Shown here one piece after another: positions 1-12,164 of a DNA stretch of 64,000 nucleotides. The notes beneath the pieces are model-generated. The model was not told the origin of the DNA, did not search any database, and saw only the letters and a program-made list of their open reading frames with translations. This DNA is from the human T2T-CHM13v2.0 reference genome, Homo sapiens. The stretch is taken from the NCBI RefSeq assembly GCF_009914755.1, contig NC_060926.1, one strand, 5' to 3'. How positions within the stretch are numbered: position 1 is the stretch's first letter; every line of letters begins with the position of its first letter. The translations under genes were made by a program, and so were the position numbers.

Positions 1-199
1 AAACCTTATTTTACCATAGAGGCTATATCTGGCCGGTCATATTTGAAAATGAATCTAATTTGATTAGTTATGACAAACTCACCATTAAGAAATAAGACTC
101 TACTTCATCTCTATAGGACAAAAATCTACAATGTGAGCTATAATTTCATAATACTGTGGCCCTAATCAATCATATTTAAGAAGTGTGGGACCAGGGCTC

Positions 200-650
200 A
201 TGAAGTCCTTTCTGGAATCTCTCCTGGTGCCTGTTCTATGGCTGATAGCATTCCAGCCTTACAGGTGAAAAGGAAGGTCACTTCCTGGCAGGCCAAACAT
301 TGTAGATGATTTTGGGGACCTCAGGAAAAGAGGAATTCACCTACATTTGTAGGTGATGCAGGTGAAATAGGATAAAGATAAATTTTTGGGGTTTGGTTTC
401 TTAGCCTCAGAATAGAAGTCGGAATAATAGAGGCTTTTAAAAGTCTACTGTTATCATTATGAAGCCTCCAGTCAGAAGTTAATCTTCTGTCCTTAGCAGT
501 TACTCAACACATTATGATGCTGGATTTATGACATGGATACTAATGCGTTGCCACATTTTTTGTTGGTAAATTAATCAGGCCAAAACACAAGAAAGCTAGC
601 CTTTTTGGGATCAACAAGAACCTTTAGAGATTATTTATAATCACTAGGGT
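200..650. mobile_element. ERV1 (MER4-group) internal sequence fragment
   Basis: The run AGGAAGGTCACTTCCTGGCAGGCC...TTTTGGGGACCTCAGGAAAAGAGGAATTCACC...GAGGCTTTTAAAAGTCTA resembles recalled MER4-group internal consensus. Boundaries are approximate. Confidence 0.5.
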
Positions 651-2039
651 TAAGAAAATTTATCCAAAACTTGGAAATAAGTGAAAAAGGTGACTGCATG
701 TCCTTTCAAAATACTAGAGCATTGTTTAACAGACCTACCCAAGGACCGTTTCACCTTTTGGGGTATAATCATTTGTTTGACTTCTTATATATGATTGATT
801 AGGGCCACAGTATCATGAAATTACAGCTCACATTGTGGATATTGTCCTACAGAGATGAAAACATTTCTGTGCATTAGAAAAGATAAACCCAAATGTTGAA
901 GCTTTATTGTTCTGTCAATTATTAAGTACTTATATTTCTAACCCAGCAGTTATTGTCCAGCATTTATTTTTCAGAGATTCTATATATTCATTTTCTTGAA
1001 TTCTCCTGTGAACCAGATTTATTATCTCGCCAAGTCCCTTATTAGTTAGTTGACATATGTTTATTCTGTAATATTATGAATCATGTTTTTAGCTTTTTCA
1101 ATATGATATTTTGACACTATTATGTCCATTTACCCTCATTACCACACAAAGTCTAAGAGTAAGGATCTTTTCCCTTCTTTTGCTCTCTACAAGGAAGATT
1201 CCTTTCAATAGAAAGTGGTTTTTTTCAGATAAAGGAATACTTTCTCCTATTATGTTTTTTTCTTTTATATATTTTTAGTTTCCAATAAACCTATTACAAA
1301 CTTTGATCTCAGTGTACTCTATTTGCTATTTATCCTCTCTTCTTTCATCATCATCATCTTTGCTCTTTGATCTGCATCTTGGACCAAAGACCTATAAAAC
1401 TTTCCTTCCGCATGTTTTCAACTTTAGGGAATGTAGATTCTGCTTTGCCCAATTTTCAAAAAAAATTTCAATTTGGTACATGTGCTTTCAGTTATTTTTA
1501 ATCTAATTTTCCTTGGTCCCATTTTAACTCAACTTTCAGTTTAACAACTCAACCCCTTATGACTTTCTATCTATGTTTTATGGAAGTCATGTTTCTTTAT
1601 ATTCTATTGAGTCAAAGCCTATATTTTATGACATATTCTGTTTATTATGGAAAAGTTTTTGTTTTTCTGAGGTTGAGTTTTCCTCTCCACTTTCAGGGTA
1701 TTTCTCTCCTTATGTGGCAGAATGCGTGTGTGTGTACCCACATGCACGTGCGTGTGCGCTCTAAGTTGGCAATAATTCTTTGTTTTCTCATCTGTCAATG
1801 AGGAGAAATCTCTCAAGACCTGGTGTCTGTCAATTTAAAAAAGACATAGATTTCCCTTGACCTTCTCCATCCACTTGCATGCTTATAGATCCCAGAATAG
1901 CTTTAAGTCTTGTGTCTGAATTACCGTACTAAGTCCCTAGCCAAGTTTTACTTTCTTACCGTTCCTCATTTTGTGCAGCCCTGATAGACTGCCGACATGA
2001 CCTCGTTTCCTTACTTGAGTAAAGAATGTCCATCTCCAG

Positions 2040-2229
2040 GGCAACACTTTCCAAATCAGACTGTTCCTCAGAATCCCTTGAAGAACCTAAGTAGTAAGTA
2101 ATTTCCCAGATCCCATCTCATCTTGACTGAATTTTAATCTCTGGAGGTAAGACTTGGATTGCATTTCTTAAAGGTTTCCCAAGTAATTGTGATGCAACTG
2201 GTGAACAATACCATATTTAAGAATAACTG
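2040..2229. mobile_element. MER5-like hAT-Charlie DNA transposon fragment
   Basis: Degenerate MER5-type motifs (CAGAATCCCTTG...TTCCCAGATCCCATC...TTCCCAAGTAATTGTGATGCA...TTAAGAATAACTG). An Alu is inserted at its end. Confidence 0.5.
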
Positions 2230-2517
2230 GGCCGGGCACGGGAGCTCACACCTGTAATCCCAGCACTTTGGGAGGCTGAGGTGGGTGGATCACGAGGTCA
2301 GAAGATCGAGATCATCCTGGTTAACACAGTGAAACCCCGTCTCTACTAAAAATACAAAAATTAGCCGGGAGTGGTGGCAGGTGCCTGTAGTCCCAACTAC
2401 TTGGGAGGCTGAGGCAGGAGAACGGCGTGAACCCAGGAGGAAGAGGTTGCAGTGAGTGAGCTGAGATCGCGCCACTGCACTCCAGACTGGGTGACAGAGC
2501 GAGACTCAGTCTCAAAA
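2230..2517 (+). mobile_element. Alu (AluY/Sc-like), full length, very short A tail
   Basis: GGCCGGGCACG...GATCACGAGGTCAG...GGCGTGAACCC dimer. TSD AAGAATAACT on both sides. Confidence 0.95.
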
Positions 2518-3118
2518 GAATAACTAAATGTATCTGCGACAATTTATAGCTCTGATTTCACCTATAATCTCAGCTGGTCTTACATCCAGAGTTCACCTGT
2601 AGCACTCTATTGGCCATGACCACACCTGATGGTATTTCTTCTACCCCAAACATTGTTACACAGCAGAACTGCAATCTGTAAGTGGATGTAGATGGTGATG
2701 GATTGAGAGGAGAAAGAATAAACCCTACTTATAAAAAAAGAATCTTCATAATAAGGGAATAGTTTCCTGATTTCCAGTTTTACATAGAGCTAGGCCAATG
2801 GAGTGGATTGGAATTATATTCACAGCTAATTCCTGGCTGGCATAATTCGGCTGTTTCAGAACATGGGTTTCTCTCAAACAGTTGTCTTATAGCTTCATTT
2901 AGTGGACCTTCCCCCAAGGCACCAGGGTTTGCTGTCCTTTCCTAGATGGCAGCTGCCTGAGGGCAGCAACTATGTCTCCCCAACTCTGTATTCCCATCAT
3001 CTCCATGGTGCCTGACACATAGCCGACTTTCACAAATATGTGCTAATGCCTGAATTAATGGTTTTGTTTATTGCTTACCTACACTCCTCAGTATTCAAAG
3101 TTATATCTTTGTCTATAA

Positions 3119-3406
<288 letters not shown>

Positions 3407-3497
3407 TACAATGGGCATTTTAATAGGAAAGTGGGAAAGGTGCTATATCAGGGCCTGTAACATGATAGACCACTTCCACCCATAAGCTCTGTTTTTA

Positions 3498-4371
3498 TTT
3501 TTTATTTTTTTTTCACAAGGGCCAAATGTCCCATGTTTATTTACATATGAAATGTGTTTCATACAGTTATGATGGATGGAGTGCATAACACCTGACAGCA
3601 GCAAGACCTTTCGAGGAACCGAACGTTGACTACAGTATATCTTGCAAGTATCTATATATACACAAAAGAATTCCTTTTCTTAAAAAAAAAAAAAGTACAA
3701 AACATGTTCAGGGATAAATACAAGATACAAAATGCAAAAGAAAACACAAAACAAAACCAAAAAATAGAACTCTCTCAGAGAACTATAAACGGAAGGGACA
3801 GAAGAATACCTCTGCTGCATTTTAATAAAGCAGAACTACCGATGTTAAATATACTTCTTGAAATGGCTGAACTAAACCCGGGTGGCTCAGTGCTTAAGGT
3901 AACGGCCAATTGCAATACATAGGCGGCTGCATTGATAAGTCGGTGGTTGAATTTGTGCATCCCGACTCTAAGTACCAGAACGTTTGGCAGTAGCACCCTT
4001 TCCCAGCCGTGGATAAAAACTGAAGCTAGGAATCTAATAAGGAACGCTGATTTCCTCAGTTCCATTTTGAGGAATGGGGAAGGCTATTCTAAAGAAAAAA
4101 ATGGGATTTGTTTTCTCGGCAGATCTGCAAGGCTGGCTTTAAGAGCACAAGGAGGGAAAGTAACGAAAGGGCTGGACTACTATAAAAGTTACAAATACGT
4201 AGTTAGACCAATAGATTTATATAGTCAGGTTTTTGTCATGTAATTTGTTAACTATTACAGAAACGCAACTAAGAATATCAAGTATTTCTCTGGCTCTTGA
4301 CAGAAAAAAATCAGTTGACTTAACCCTTTGCTGTCAAAAGAGTTGGCGATTCCTGTTCTGGGTGCTACTGC
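3498..4371 (-). pseudogene. Processed retrocopy of an mRNA 3'UTR, 5'-truncated, with 5' inversion
   Basis: Poly(T) at ~3492-3513. TTTATT (AATAAA on minus) at ~3536-3541. 15-bp TSD TAAGCTCTGTTTTTA at 3483-3497 and 4372-4386. Non-repeat, CpG-retaining UTR-like sequence. 12-bp inverted duplication GCAGTAGCACCC at 3987-3998 and 4360-4371. Parent gene not confirmed. Confidence 0.88.
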
Positions 4372-4991
4372 TAAGCTCTGTTTTTAATGATCTCATCAGA
4401 AAAATGAGAACACTATCTTGGAATGTGTACTTGAGTGAGAGCAGATAGAGGAAGAAACATTCAGAAAACTGCATTTTTATATGCCTTAGAGATTGCAAAT
4501 TACCTTGTTTTAGTAACATATTAAATTTCAAACATCAGCAACATTGCTGTTTTTATAAACTTGATATTACAGCTTTTGTATTTATGCCATGTTATAAAGA
4601 CACAAAAACGTAACACCAAATTGATTCTAACCTCCAACGTACTTTTTATGAAAATTTAAATTTGGATTAACAGCAAAGAGTGAGTTTTTTTTTTCTTTAG
4701 GATCAGATTGAATAATTAGTTTAGTAATAAACTTAAAGCAGAAAAACAGAGAGCACTTTCCTTATGTTGGCAATTCAGTTTCCTCAAAACTGTTTTACTA
4801 AAAATTATGCCATTTATTTTAATTTTTTTAAAGAGTGAAGATTGCTGATTTAGAGTGAAAGTTATTGTTTGTTTTGTTTTTGGCCAATCTCTTCTCTTTA
4901 TTAAGTGACCTATTCAGAAATTATTTTTTAAATAGAAATTTGTATGTCATCTAAATTTGAGTGCAAATTTGGTATGTAGAAATTCTGATTA

Positions 4992-5134
<143 letters not shown>

Positions 5135-6984
5135 CACTAAATAGACTGAGAATATAAAATACCTCTTCTCTTGATTTTATGAGCTATGTGACATTTGATG
5201 TTGTCATGCCTGTGTTTCATATCATATATTGTCATGGGCCATGTTTGGATATCTGGAATTTTGTTGTTTTGGCTTTTGCCTTTGGTTTGGTAACTTTTGA
5301 GGACTGAATAGGGAAATGTGTAAATAATTTCAAAATGATTTTAAAGTATTGTGTTTTTCTCAGTCAATTGGAATTCATAAAGTATATCCTGTTAGAAATG
5401 GTGTAGATGATGTGTGGATTTCCAGGATGATGTACACAGATCTCTGTAGCCCACAGTATGTTACTGAACTTTTCTCATAGTTGGGGTATCCTAAGACCTA
5501 GGTCATGGAGGTTGGAGCCATGTCGTATAGGCTTACAGTGTAGTAGGAGGCATAAATATGTAAGTGGAAGAAAGGAAGAATCCTCCTTCTTTTTCAGGTC
5601 TACTTTTCAGTAGAAAATGTGTATTTTTTTAACCTCTTCTCATTCCAACTATTTGAATTCTCACCCATTTCCTGGTGCACACAGAGTGCTATACCCTGTA
5701 CTGTGCTATGCCATGTCCCGGCTTGTCTCTTTACCTCCAACCACTTCATGCTTTCAAATTCCTATCTTCTCATCTTCCCAAATTAAAATTCTCATCTCTT
5801 CAGTATGGTCAACTCTTGTTGGAATAGTAATAAGATGACTATTTCACCTTTATGTATTAAAACCAAATATGCTTTCAGAGGACTAACCATTTTTAAAAGA
5901 GAATGTAATTACCATCAGTATATTTTTGTTGTAGCATAGGACAAGGTGACAAAAAGTAGATAAGGAAGGACTGATATGTGTGTGAATGGGGTGGCCAGGG
6001 GGTGCCCATTGAAGTAAATACCATATAGGTAAATTATATCTAGCAGGGAGGTCTGTAAGCATTAGCTCCATTTGTGTTTGTTTTTAAGAATGGCAAAAGC
6101 AGAAAAACATCATTAAGTCAGTCACTTGTGTACATGAGGAATTTATGTTCTCATGTGCTAACTGTGCTATGCATGGTAAAGCCGGTCTACTGAGATGGAA
6201 GAGGCTGTAATGAAAGAGTCAGAAAAATGGAGCTGGGTGGGTCTGAAAAAGTGAAAAAATATCCAACTTTATTTTGAAAAATACATGCAAGTGCCAAGGA
6301 AAATTTATGCACATTCCAAATTCTAACTGGATTTCAGCCAGATTATCTTAAGATATTGAGTCCCAATGGCTTTTTCTTTTGTGCTTATTAAAAAAATATT
6401 TACATTGAATTGTTACATTTTTTTTCAAGTAAGCCTATTCTGTGGCAGCTTCCAAATATGGCCAATCTGAAGATTAAAAACACAGCCTGTGGAATCTTAA
6501 CTATCCATATACTGGCAGGTGAGGACACAAGTCTATCTTGTCAGGGGTAAAGTTAACATTGTGTGAAATTGTGGGAACTGGGGAATGACTTGCTCTCACA
6601 GTGAAGAATACCATAAAGGGTGTGTCTTATAGCTGTGGCTGGCAGGATGAACTGCACTGTCTTCCATCTAAGTCATCACCAATTTTATATCTAATAAGCT
6701 TTGTCTGAGATGGAAGACTGTGCAGCTGGAAACAAGACATGTATAGTCTAGGATGAACCCCACTCACAGGAGAACATTCCCTGCTTCCTTTGGTGCCCAC
6801 TTCTTGCTGGAAGCCAGACTAACAGCATTCATCCTGCCAGCCACAGCTATAAGGAGTGCCAAGATGAAGCCAAATGGATTAAGGCAGCAGGATTATCATC
6901 TGCAACTTCTGTCACCAAGTTATGGGTGATTTGGTTGGAGTGTAGAATAAATACCCCAAATTTGGAAGACTAGGTGCGCTTTGC

Positions 6985-7367
6985 TTTCTGGAGCTGTCTG
7001 GTGCTGGCCAAGCATCTCTCTCTGTTCAGTTCATCTCAGAGTCTCCCCAACTGTGGTCTAAGTTGGACTTCACAGCATGGTAGTTTCAGGCCAATTGGAT
7101 TTCTTACATGGAGGCTGAAGTCTTTCAAAATGATTATCCTATCTAGCAAGATGGAAGCTACATTGCCTTTTATGATCCAGCTTCACAAGTCACTCAGTAT
7201 AATTTCTGGTGCATTTGACTGGTTATAAGCAAGGCATGAACACACTCATTGAAAGAGAGGAGTATGAAACTCTACCTGTTGATAGATGAGAAGGAAATAT
7301 TCTAGGAAAATACACAGGGTTGGAGGTACTGTGGAAAATATTTTTGGAAGGTTACAATCTGCCACAG
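6985..7367 (-). mobile_element. MLT1 (MaLR) LTR, old subfamily (G-K type)
   Basis: GCAAGATGGAAGCTACATTGCCTTTTATGATCCAGC...AAGTCAC and the terminal ...TACAATCTGCCACA are typical of reverse-oriented old MLT1. Confidence 0.7.
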
Positions 7368-8059
7368 TCATCACCACGCCACTTGTGGCATGGTCAATCA
7401 CCGGTCACCTCTGCCTCTGGCTGTGCTTGTTATGTTCTCTCCTCACAAGGAACTTGTCCTCTGAGATGCAGCTTTCACATGAGGTCTAGAGATCATCCCT
7501 TATTATAACTATTTCAGGAACAGGGACTCAGATAAGTCTTTCCTAGTGTCCTAAAATCACACTAGGCTGCATTCTCCTAAATCCAAGCTAACATGCTTTC
7601 ATGAACATGTATGTGGTGGCACACATTGTGGCTTTTCTTCTCTGGAAGTGTGCCTGCATCTGTGGGCCTATGTGCAGAGTGGGGCAGGAGGACAGAGAAA
7701 AGCAGAAGGAAGAGAAAAAAAGCACAAGTATGACAAAGCAGAATTTGAGATCTCTCTCATCTTTTCTGAGCCTCCTGAAGATGGTATTGGGCCTGTGGGT
7801 TTTGGAGAGACAGCTAGATTTGTTATCTAATTATCTAGTCACACGCCGGCATATTTAATTCCCTTTTTAAAATTCCAAAGCATTTAGTAGAGGGTTATTT
7901 AATTGTTCCTGGCTGATCTCAGCTGTGCTGCAGAGAATTAAACATTGACCAGAATTTCTTCTGGGGTAAAAGTTTAAAGGAGGGGGTCAGCACCCCTGGA
8001 GGCCAGCAGGGTAGTTGCAGCCACGATCTGTAGGACTCCTAGGGAGAAAGCGAGTCTCC

Positions 8060-8890
8060 TTCATTTACTCAATTATTCAGTCCACAAATATTCATTAAGT
8101 GCCAACTACACTGCCAGATTCTTTTCTAGGACTGAGACAATAATGGAGAGCAACACAAAACAAAGAACCTGCCCTCATGGAGCTTCCGTTTTAGTGAGTG
8201 TATTAGTCAGTGTTCCCTAGAGGGACAGAACTAATAGGATAGATGTATATATAAAGGCGAGTTTATTAAGGAGTATTGAGTCACAGGATCGCAAGGTAAA
8301 GTCCCACAATGGACCATCTGCCAGATGAGGAGCAAGGAAGCCAGTCCGAGTCCCAAAACCTCAAAAGCAGGGAAGCTGAGAGTGCAGGCTTCAGTCTGTG
8401 GTTGAAGACGTGAGAGCCCGTGCCAAATCGTTGGTGTTAAGTCCAAGAGTCCAAAAGCTGAAGAACTTGGCATCTGATGTTTGAGGGCAGGAAGCATCCA
8501 GCATGGGAGAAAGATGAAAGCCAGAAAACTTGGCAAGTCTAGTCCTTCCACGTTCTTCTGCCTGCTTCATTCTAGCCGCGCTGGCAGCTGCCCACCCAGA
8601 TTGAGGGTGGGTCTGCCTCTTCTAGTCCACTGACTCAAATGTTAATCTCCTTTGGCAACATCCTCACAGACACACCCAGGAACAATACTTTGCATCCTTC
8701 AATCCAATCAAGTTGACACTCAATATTAACCATCACAGACAGACAAATAAACACATAGATACCTATACAGATGCACACTCTGGAGAAGAATAGTAGGTAA
8801 TGCAATGCAGCATAATGAGGGTATTTAGACAGTGACTCTGAAGAGGTGACGTTTGAAGAGAGACTTGAATTAATGGAGTTTATTCAAGTC
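8060..8890 (-). mobile_element. L2 3' fragment interrupted by MLT2A LTR
   Basis: CATTTACTCAATTATTC...TAAGTGCCAACTAC...CCTGCCCTCATGGAGCTT continues after the LTR as ...GAGGTGACGTTTGAAGAGAGACTTGAA. Confidence 0.65.
8199..8737 (-). mobile_element. MLT2A (HERV-L) solo LTR
   Basis: TGTATTAGTCAGTGTTCCCTAGAGGGACAGAACTAATAGG...CAATCAAGTTGACACTCAATATTAACCATCACA. Confidence 0.92.
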
Positions 8891-8998
8891 TAGATCCCCT
8901 GACTTCCTCATCATTTAAAAGAATTGTTTAAGTGAGTGCATGTTCTGGATTTTTCTTTCAGACTATAAATGTTTGTTATACGCAATGATTTTTCTCTC

Positions 8999-9030
8999 TG
9001 TGTGTGTGTGTGCATGTGTGTGTGTGTGTG
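8999..9030. repeat. (TG)n microsatellite replacing an Alu tail
   Basis: Interrupted TG run directly abutting the 3' end of the minus-strand Alu. Confidence 0.9.
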
Positions 9031-9031
9031 T

Positions 9032-9308
9032 CAGAGTCTCACTCTGTTGCCCAGGCTGGAGTGCAGTGGTACAATCACGACTTATGCAATCTCAATATTC
9101 TAGGCTCTAGCTATCCTCCCACCTCAAGCTCCCAAGTAGCTGGGACCACAGACATGCACCACCATGCTTGGCTAATTTTTAAAAATTTTTGTAGAGATAG
9201 GTTCCCACTATTTTGCCCAAGTTGGTCTTAAACTCCTGGACTCAAGCGATCATCCTGTCTTGGCCTCCCAAAGTGTTGGGATTACAGGCATGAGTCACTG
9301 CACCCAGT
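9032..9308 (-). mobile_element. AluJ
   Basis: Reverse Alu dimer with J-type CTCCTGGACTCAAGCGATC. Confidence 0.92.
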
Positions 9309-9376
9309 GTAATTTGTGTGTTTTAAATACTGTAGTCACTTTCTTACATATTAACAGAGACTCAACAATAATTACT

Positions 9377-9686
9377 GGCCAGGAGTGGTGGCTCATGCTT
9401 CTAATCCAACTTGGTAGGCTGAAGTGGGAGGATTGCTTGGGCTCAGGAGTTCAAGATCAGCCTGGGCAACATAAAGAGGCCTCATGTCTACCAAAAAAAA
9501 AAAAGAGAGAGAAAAAATTATTTGGGCATGGTGGTGCATGCCTTTAGTCCTAGCTACTCTGGAGGAGGGAAAGCAGGAAGATCGCTTGAGCTCAGGAGGT
9601 GGAGGCTGCAGTGAGCTGTGATTGCACCATTGTACTGCAGCCTGGATGATAGAGCAAGACTCTGCCTAAAAAATAATAATAATGAA
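9377..9686 (+). mobile_element. AluJ
   Basis: Alu dimer with GGAGGATTGCTTGGGCTCAGGAGTTCAAG. Probable TSD ATAATTACT. Confidence 0.9.
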
Positions 9687-10611
9687 AATTGTTGTTATAA
9701 TTACTAATTCAATGATTAGTTCCCTTACTTTACAAGTGCAATTTTCTTACTACATTTATTTAACTCTGTATTCCTTTGGCCAGAAGGTGAATTAATTTTT
9801 TCCCAAGGATGGTGAGTGATTTTTGTGGTACTGATTGGGCCTTAGCGGAAAGAGGCAGTATGATACTCAGAAAATAATGTTGTCACTGTAGTTTGTAATT
9901 TACTCTTCGTCTGCCACTTGCCAGCAGAGTAGTCTTGAAAAAGTTATTTAAATTCTTTCAGCACAATTTTTCTTATCTGTAAAATGGGGGATAATAGCTA
10001 ATTTCTAAACATGTTGCTCAGTAATGTTCATCCTCTTCATCCTGCTCCACAATCAGAAATTCCTATAGACAAACAGTTGTGTTTTTTATTAGTGACCTTA
10101 GTCCCTAAGGTCCAGGACAAGCTGGCATACCTAGTAAAGACTGAGTCATCCCACATCAACAAGGCATTGAGGAAACTTCATTGCTGGGATTGTTTTTATT
10201 TCTCATGTTTCAGTTTAACCTGTGACTCTCGACTTCTCCAACAGCTCATATGTAACCAAAAACTATAGCATGTGTTACACTAAGAAGCTAAGGGATTAGT
10301 CCGGGTTACTCAGTCTGTGGATAGTAGTGGTGCAACCAGAATCACCTTTTCGTGACTGTGCTGAACATTGTCTTGAGAGATTAAGTGACTTTGACCAAAT
10401 CTTAGGACCTAGACTTAATCAAAACGCTGAAGTCCAAAAATGGCCTCTAAAAAATGGTGTAAGTTACCAAGTGATTAATTTTTGCTTTTAAATATTTGGT
10501 CAGTACCAAAATAAATATCTCTGATTTCTTAAGAAGGAAGGAAAATTATTTGATGAAGAGAAGCATGAAAGATAAAATTTGTCACTGACAGATCATAGAG
10601 AATTCAGCCTT

Positions 10612-10758
10612 GGCCGGGCAAGGAGGTTCACGCATAAAATCCTAACACATTGGCAGGCCAAGGCAGGCAGATCCCTTGAACTCAGGAGTTTGAGACCAGG
10701 CTGGGCAACATAGTGAGACCCCCACCTCAATAAAAATAAATAAATAAATAAATAAATA
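10612..10758 (+). mobile_element. FLAM-C Alu monomer with (TAAA)n tail
   Basis: Monomer flanked by a 15-bp TSD AGAGAATTCAGCCTT (10597-10611 and 10759-10773). Confidence 0.92.
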
Positions 10759-12114
10759 AGAGAATTCAGCCTTGATGAAATCATTAGCCTTTTCTTTTAT
10801 TTTCCACTTCTGAACATGATATAACTGATCTAACTGTGGAATGTAAAAAAATGAGTAGTCAAAAAGCGATACTCAAGCTTTTTAATTCTGATTTTAGACA
10901 CCAGTCTTCCCATTAGTATTCAGAAAGCTGTCGACAGTCTCATAGAGAGGAAACTCAACGTTAGTTAAGTCTAAAGGAGAAAGCAGTAAATAATCTCTGT
11001 ATTTAAATATTGTCACATTAACTCATTTTTGATTGTGAGAACCACTTTTTGTCTTCTCAGACAATACAACCTTCTGGAAATGCACCTCCTGTGACACTCA
11101 CAGTGGCTGGAGTCCTCCTGTGGGGAACGTCTGGGGGCTCCATTTCTGGGCCATTTCTCAGCTCACTGCCAAAGTGTCCATCTGGATATCTATTACTGCA
11201 CATTACAACCTGCCTTGCCATCGTCAGTTAGGGATATTTTTTGGCTCTGAGAGATCTGTGGAGAAAAAAAATGCCTATATTTCTTTTGATTTTCCTATAA
11301 AAATATAAATGCTCTGGTAGGCATTTTCTCCTGATGTATCAAAAGGCACTTCCATCCATCGATTTTCAGAATGCCCTTATTGCTACTTTTCTTCATGGTC
11401 TGGAGAGATTGAGTGACTTGACCAGTGTTTCACAGTGATTTAGAGGAAGAGTTAAGATTGAATCCTGAGTTCCCTTATTTTTTCCTCTAGTGTACTAAAT
11501 TACTACTTTATGCAACCTTTAGGTTCAAATGCCTCCTTTTAGCTCCTAGCTCACCACTTCATTTCTTAAGAATGTCAGAAGTTACACTTTTCTTCTGGAA
11601 AAGTATTCATAAAAGACATGAAAAATTCTAATTATTACCCTTGGAATACTTCACATTTGTGTGAATATTTTAAACTTTGTTTTCAAAGCTGTTAAATGCT
11701 CTCAGGGTATAAAGTAATTAAATAATTATTGAATTTCTTTTTTGCCTGCTTGGATACTAACAGTAATCTTTTTAATTTCAAAGTATGACAAATTTACTTG
11801 CACCTTGGTAGGTTTCTACAGTGCCATCATTCCACTGAGATGATCTGCTGTGTGACTTTTTCATATTGTCCCCTTGTGGGCATGCTGACCCTGAGGTGTC
11901 TCAAAGGCTGATGTTGCTGATCCTGGTGTACTATGGTGTGCCTTCTTACATATGCACTACCTTATTTGAGGCAAGAGAGGAATGAAAATCTTGAAAGTTG
12001 TATCAGTAGGCTCTGAAATAATTATTATAGGGCAATTGAGAAACATGTCATATCAGTTGTGTTTGAGTATTGTCTTAGGGTTATTTTCCCCATTAAAAAA
12101 ATAGAACCAATTAG

Positions 12115-12116
<2 letters not shown>

Positions 12117-12160
<44 letters not shown>
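12117..12160. repeat. (AC)~22 microsatellite
   Basis: Uninterrupted AC run. Confidence 0.97.

Positions 12161-12164
<4 letters not shown>

Noticed and set aside
3626-4243. ~100-aa ORFs inside the retrocopy
   Set aside because: The insert is UTR-like and two of the ORFs cross the inversion junction, so they are chance frames.
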